Assembly: GCA_965198225.1 (NCBI GenBank)
Contig: CBDAOY010000007.1
Location: 320,001-384,000 of the forward strand
Direction of reading: 5' to 3'
DNA length: 64,000 nucleotides
Origin: Terriglobia bacterium
GTDB lineage: Bacteria; Acidobacteriota; Terriglobia; 20CM-2-55-15
Position numbers and translations under genes: made by a program. Shown here in pieces: positions 60,491-64,000 of this stretch (position 1 is the first letter of the stretch; the number at the start of each line of letters is the position of its first letter). The notes beneath the pieces were generated by a model. It was not told where the DNA came from. It made no database searches and saw only the letters and a program-made list of their open reading frames with translations.

Positions 60491-60699
60491 CTAGTGACCT
60501 GTAACAGTGCTATTGGTACCAGCGTTCGGCCGAACGGCGTCGGATTCTAGGAGTGACGCTCGAGCCAATGCTGTTTCATTGCGAGGGCGTTACGACACCG
60601 AAGACGGCGCCGTTTGAGCATCGCTTTCCGTCCCCCTCCTCGACCTCGCCCGCAAGACCCATCGGCGATGGTGCCGATCGCACTGTTACAGGCCACTGG
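60491..60699. mobile_element. 209-bp structured MITE-like element, copy 2
   Basis: CTAGTGACCTGTAACAGTGC ... GCACTGTTACAGGCCACTGG; collinear with the reverse complement of 13118-13392. Confidence 0.78.
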
Positions 60700-60974
60700 A
60701 ATCAACTCCGCAGCAACGGTCCGCATGCACGCGCAGGGACGTCCAGCGCCGGGACCCTGGTAACCTGGCTTCACGTTCGAGCCGAGCCAGTTGTTCGTTT
60801 TCCTTCCCCAATGTCTGAAGACTCGCGTGAATAATACGAAAGGAAAGATTCGGAAAGCAATTGGGCAGTCCATTGGTTGTAGGCCGATCCAAGAGCTCCG
60901 GTCGGAGCTCCGGTCGAGCTGATAGACATAGGTGGGCGAATCCGTCAGGATTACGCTCAGACGCGTCCGGATGC

Positions 60975-61097
60975 GCGATCGGCGGCGCGGAAATCACGAG
61001 TCCGCCCAGGGACACCGACCTCGCTTCGCAGGAGTACTACGTCCGGGACCTGGAGGGGCATCTCTGGGTGTTCAGCACGCGAGAGGAGGCATCATGA
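60975..61097 (+). pseudogene. C-terminal fragment of a VOC/glyoxalase family gene
   Basis: 'GAEITSPPRDTDLASQEYYVRDLEGHLWVFST' with no credible N-terminus. Confidence 0.6.
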
Positions 61098-62245
61098 GAC
61101 TGGAGCGAATCGGCGTAGCCCTCACAATCGTTGTTCTGGTGGCTCTTCCGGCCTGCGTCAGCGAGAACCCGGCGGCGCCGCAGCCTGGGCCCCAGGAAGT
61201 GATCACCAAGGGCGGGGACGAGAGGACGGGACACTACGATGTCGTGGAGGGCTGGTGGAAGGCAGCGCCGAACCACGGCGACGAGTGGACCTGGGGACAG
61301 GTGGCGGGGGTCGCAGTGGACAACTCCGACCGGATCATCGTGGTGACCCGGGGTGACTGGCCGGCGGACCGGTCCGGGCCGAGGGAGGTTCGTCCAACGA
61401 ACTTCATCGTGGTAGCCGACCGGAACGGAAACATAGTCGAGAGCTGGAGCCAGTGGGACTCGATCCTGACCCTGCCCCACCAGGTCTACATCAGTCCCTA
61501 CGATCCGGAGCGCCACGTCTGGGTCGTCGACAGTGGAGGCGGCAACGGCCACATGCAGGTCTTGAAGTTCACCAACGACGGGAGCGAGTTGGTGATGCGG
61601 CTCGGTGAACCCGACCACCCCAAGACCCGGGAAGAGGCCCGGGCAAACCCGGACCCGGGTCCGTACACCTTCGGGTGGCCGTCGAAACTCGCCTTCCTCC
61701 CGGATGGCAGCTTCTACCTGGCGGACGGCTACTGGAACTCGCGAATCGTCAAATACAGCGCGGACGGCGAGCATGTGATCGAGTGGGGGGCGCTCGGGGA
61801 CGGCCCCGGCGAGTTCGATCTCCTTCACGGCCTCGCCGTGGATCGGGACCGGCGCGTCTACGTTGGCGACCGCCAGAACAGTCGCATCCAGATTTTTGGC
61901 GCCGCCGGTGAGTTCATCGAGGAATGGCCCGACATCTTCGATCCCGTCGACATCTACATCGACGAGAACCAGTGGATCTGGGTGTTGGATGCGAGCCTGA
62001 ACCGGGTTCTGAAGTACAGCCGGGACGGCGTACTCCAGTACCATTGGGGTGCCTACGGACGGGCAGGCGCGATCGGTCGAGGCACCTGGGCGGGCGGCCT
62101 GTCACTTCCCCACCAACTCGACATGGATGCGGAGGGCAACATCTATATCGCCTCCTACAGCGGTGGATGGGTGGACAAGTTCGTTCCGAAGCCGGGAGCC
62201 GATCCTGCCAAGCTGCTCGGGAGGCCGCTGTTGCTCACCGACTAA
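61094..62245 (+). CDS. NHL-repeat (PAL-like) lipoprotein
   Basis: GGAGG RBS at ATG 61094; lipobox LPAC; 'DGYWNSRIVKY', 'GEFDLLHGLAVD...VGDRQNSRIQIF'. Confidence 0.85.
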   Translation: MRLERIGVALTIVVLVALPACVSENPAAPQPGPQEVITKGGDERTGHYDVVEGWWKAAPNHGDEWTWGQVAGVAVDNSDRIIVVTRGDWPADRSGPREVRPTNFIVVADRNGNIVESWSQWDSILTLPHQVYISPYDPERHVWVVDSGGGNGHMQVLKFTNDGSELVMRLGEPDHPKTREEARANPDPGPYTFGWPSKLAFLPDGSFYLADGYWNSRIVKYSADGEHVIEWGALGDGPGEFDLLHGLAVDRDRRVYVGDRQNSRIQIFGAAGEFIEEWPDIFDPVDIYIDENQWIWVLDASLNRVLKYSRDGVLQYHWGAYGRAGAIGRGTWAGGLSLPHQLDMDAEGNIYIASYSGGWVDKFVPKPGADPAKLLGRPLLLTD

Positions 62246-62269
62246 GGTCGTTTCCACGGGATATCCACG

Positions 62270-63094
62270 ATGATCGTACAATCCGGGCCCGACGGTCAGT
62301 CCAGACACTTTGTCATCAAGCTGGAAGAGCATCTCGGGCTGGTGGGCCAGCTTGCCGAGAACTTCGGCAATGAGGAGTTCCTGACGCCCGAGCCGCGCGA
62401 GCTGTTTCTTTATACCTGCCGATGGCACGACAGGGGCTGGAGGGACCTGGACGACAATCCGCCGCTCGATCCCAAGACGGGCCTGCCCTACAACCTCGGG
62501 GAGACGCCGCTCCCCATCCTGATGCTCACCAGCTCAAGCTCCCCGGCGCACAACGAGGCTCGTCATCCCTATTGCGGATTGATAGACAGCATGCACATCT
62601 GGGGGCTCTACAACGGCCGCTATGGATTTTCCGACAAGGTGCTGCTCGATGCGATCCCAGACAAGCACCGGGTGATGGTCGACACCATGCTCAGTCTGGA
62701 GTACCAGCGCCAGACAAGATTGAAGGCGGGGCTGGCCGCCGACCCGGAAACCGCACCGTGGGTCGAAGAGAAGCGGCTCTTCGCGAACTACAAGCTACTT
62801 CAGTTCTTCGACACGATGGCGCTCTATTTCAACTGCACCCACAAGGCGGGTCGGGGGGAATCGACGTTCCATCACGTACCCCGGAACGTGAGTGACGACG
62901 TCGATGTCCGCATTCGCCCCGAGGGCGACAACAACTACAGCCTGTCCCCCTATCCGTTCCGCGAAAGCCCGCTGGAGGTCTCGTTCGAGGGCCGCTTCCT
63001 GACGCCGTGGAGCGCAGGCGAGACGCCCGACATGGCGGCGGCAATGCGAGAAACGCCGGTGGAACGCCAGACCGCGGTTTTGGTCGCTTGGTAA
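62270..63094 (+). CDS. DUF3891 family protein
   Basis: 'EH..LVGQLAENFGN', 'HDRGW', 'HPYCGLIDSMH', 'LQFFDTMALYF', 'LSPYPF'. Confidence 0.75.
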   Translation: MIVQSGPDGQSRHFVIKLEEHLGLVGQLAENFGNEEFLTPEPRELFLYTCRWHDRGWRDLDDNPPLDPKTGLPYNLGETPLPILMLTSSSSPAHNEARHPYCGLIDSMHIWGLYNGRYGFSDKVLLDAIPDKHRVMVDTMLSLEYQRQTRLKAGLAADPETAPWVEEKRLFANYKLLQFFDTMALYFNCTHKAGRGESTFHHVPRNVSDDVDVRIRPEGDNNYSLSPYPFRESPLEVSFEGRFLTPWSAGETPDMAAAMRETPVERQTAVLVAW

Positions 63095-63183
63095 AGAGGC
63101 GAATCCGGCTGTTCGGGAAGACCTGGCGGTAATAAAACAAGAGGGGTTCGGAGGGCAGGGGGTGGCGGGACGCACGGACCTCG

Positions 63184-64000
63184 ATGGCCGGGACCCTGCG
63201 CGGGCTCGAGGGCATCCGGCAGGGACGGAATCTCAAGGTGAAGCCTTTTGCGGTCGCGGGCTTCGGACAGGCACGCGCGGGTGGCGAGCTTCCGACTGAC
63301 GACGACTACGACGGCGGCGTGGACCTGAAGTACGGGCTCTCGCCATCGCTGACACTCGATGCCACCTACCGCACGGATTTCGCCCAGGTGGAAGCGGACC
63401 AGCAGCAGGTGAACCTGACCCGCTTCAGTCTCTTCTTGAGTCCCTCGGCCCGGGCATCGCATTCTACGGGGGATCAGCGATCAATATCGACGCGACACGG
63501 ATGTTCGACAGGCTGAGGGGGGACTTCGCCATCCGGTCCGACATCACGATCCCGACCGGCGACTACAACGACGACAGCTATTCGATCCGTTACAACTCGA
63601 ACCGGTCGCGGAAGGTCTCGGGGAATGTCCGATATCAGTTTGGTGAGTTCTGGGACGGAAGGCGCGAATCCCTGAGCCTGGGCGTCGCGTTGAAACCGAG
63701 CCCTCACCTGAACGTCGATGTGGACTACAGCAGGAACCAGGTTCGTCTGTCGAACGGCTCGTTCAACACGAACCTCCTCGGAACGCGGCTCCTCTATTCC
63801 TTCACCACGAAGATGTTCCTGAACGCGTTCCTCCTGTACAACACGGATGCCTGACAGTTCAGCTCCAACATCGGCTTCCACATCATCCACCACCCGCTCA
63901 GCGACCTCTACGTGGTCTTCAACGAACGCCGGGACACGCAGACGAGTCAGGTGCTGGAGCGTGCACTGGTCGTCAAGTTCACTTAACTGTTCAGCTTCTG
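63184..64000 (+). pseudogene. Degraded DUF5916 paralog
   Basis: Matches parts of the 29246-31517 protein; large internal deletion near 63440; in-frame TGA (63852) and TAA (63984). Confidence 0.8.

Overview
GC-rich bacterial DNA whose gene content (ECF sigma factor/Ser-Thr kinase pairs with TolB-like propellers, DUF1592, DUF5916, DUF6152/DUF6644, NHL proteins) suggests an Acidobacteriota-like organism (inference). It is an accessory region dominated by exported proteins. I found no rRNA, tRNA, CRISPR or intact transposase. The main result is at 7.5-19.4 kb: a tandem array of 'ECF sigma - oppositely oriented secreted target gene - membrane Ser/Thr kinase' cassettes. It shows a deletion scar, kinase paralogs whose sensor loops have diverged, and one promoter-like motif repeated in front of all three secreted target genes (two HExxH proteins and an exported atypical kinase). 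Also present: three families of non-autonomous repeats (one with covarying stems), a ~1,800-codon CHRD x4/PHP-hydrolase gene split by an in-frame TAG, a probable copper/heme periplasmic cluster (52-62 kb), and a 59-aa zinc-ribbon ORF missing from the ORF track. Many frameshifts occur and may be real decay or assembly errors. All family assignments come from motif recognition, not database searches.
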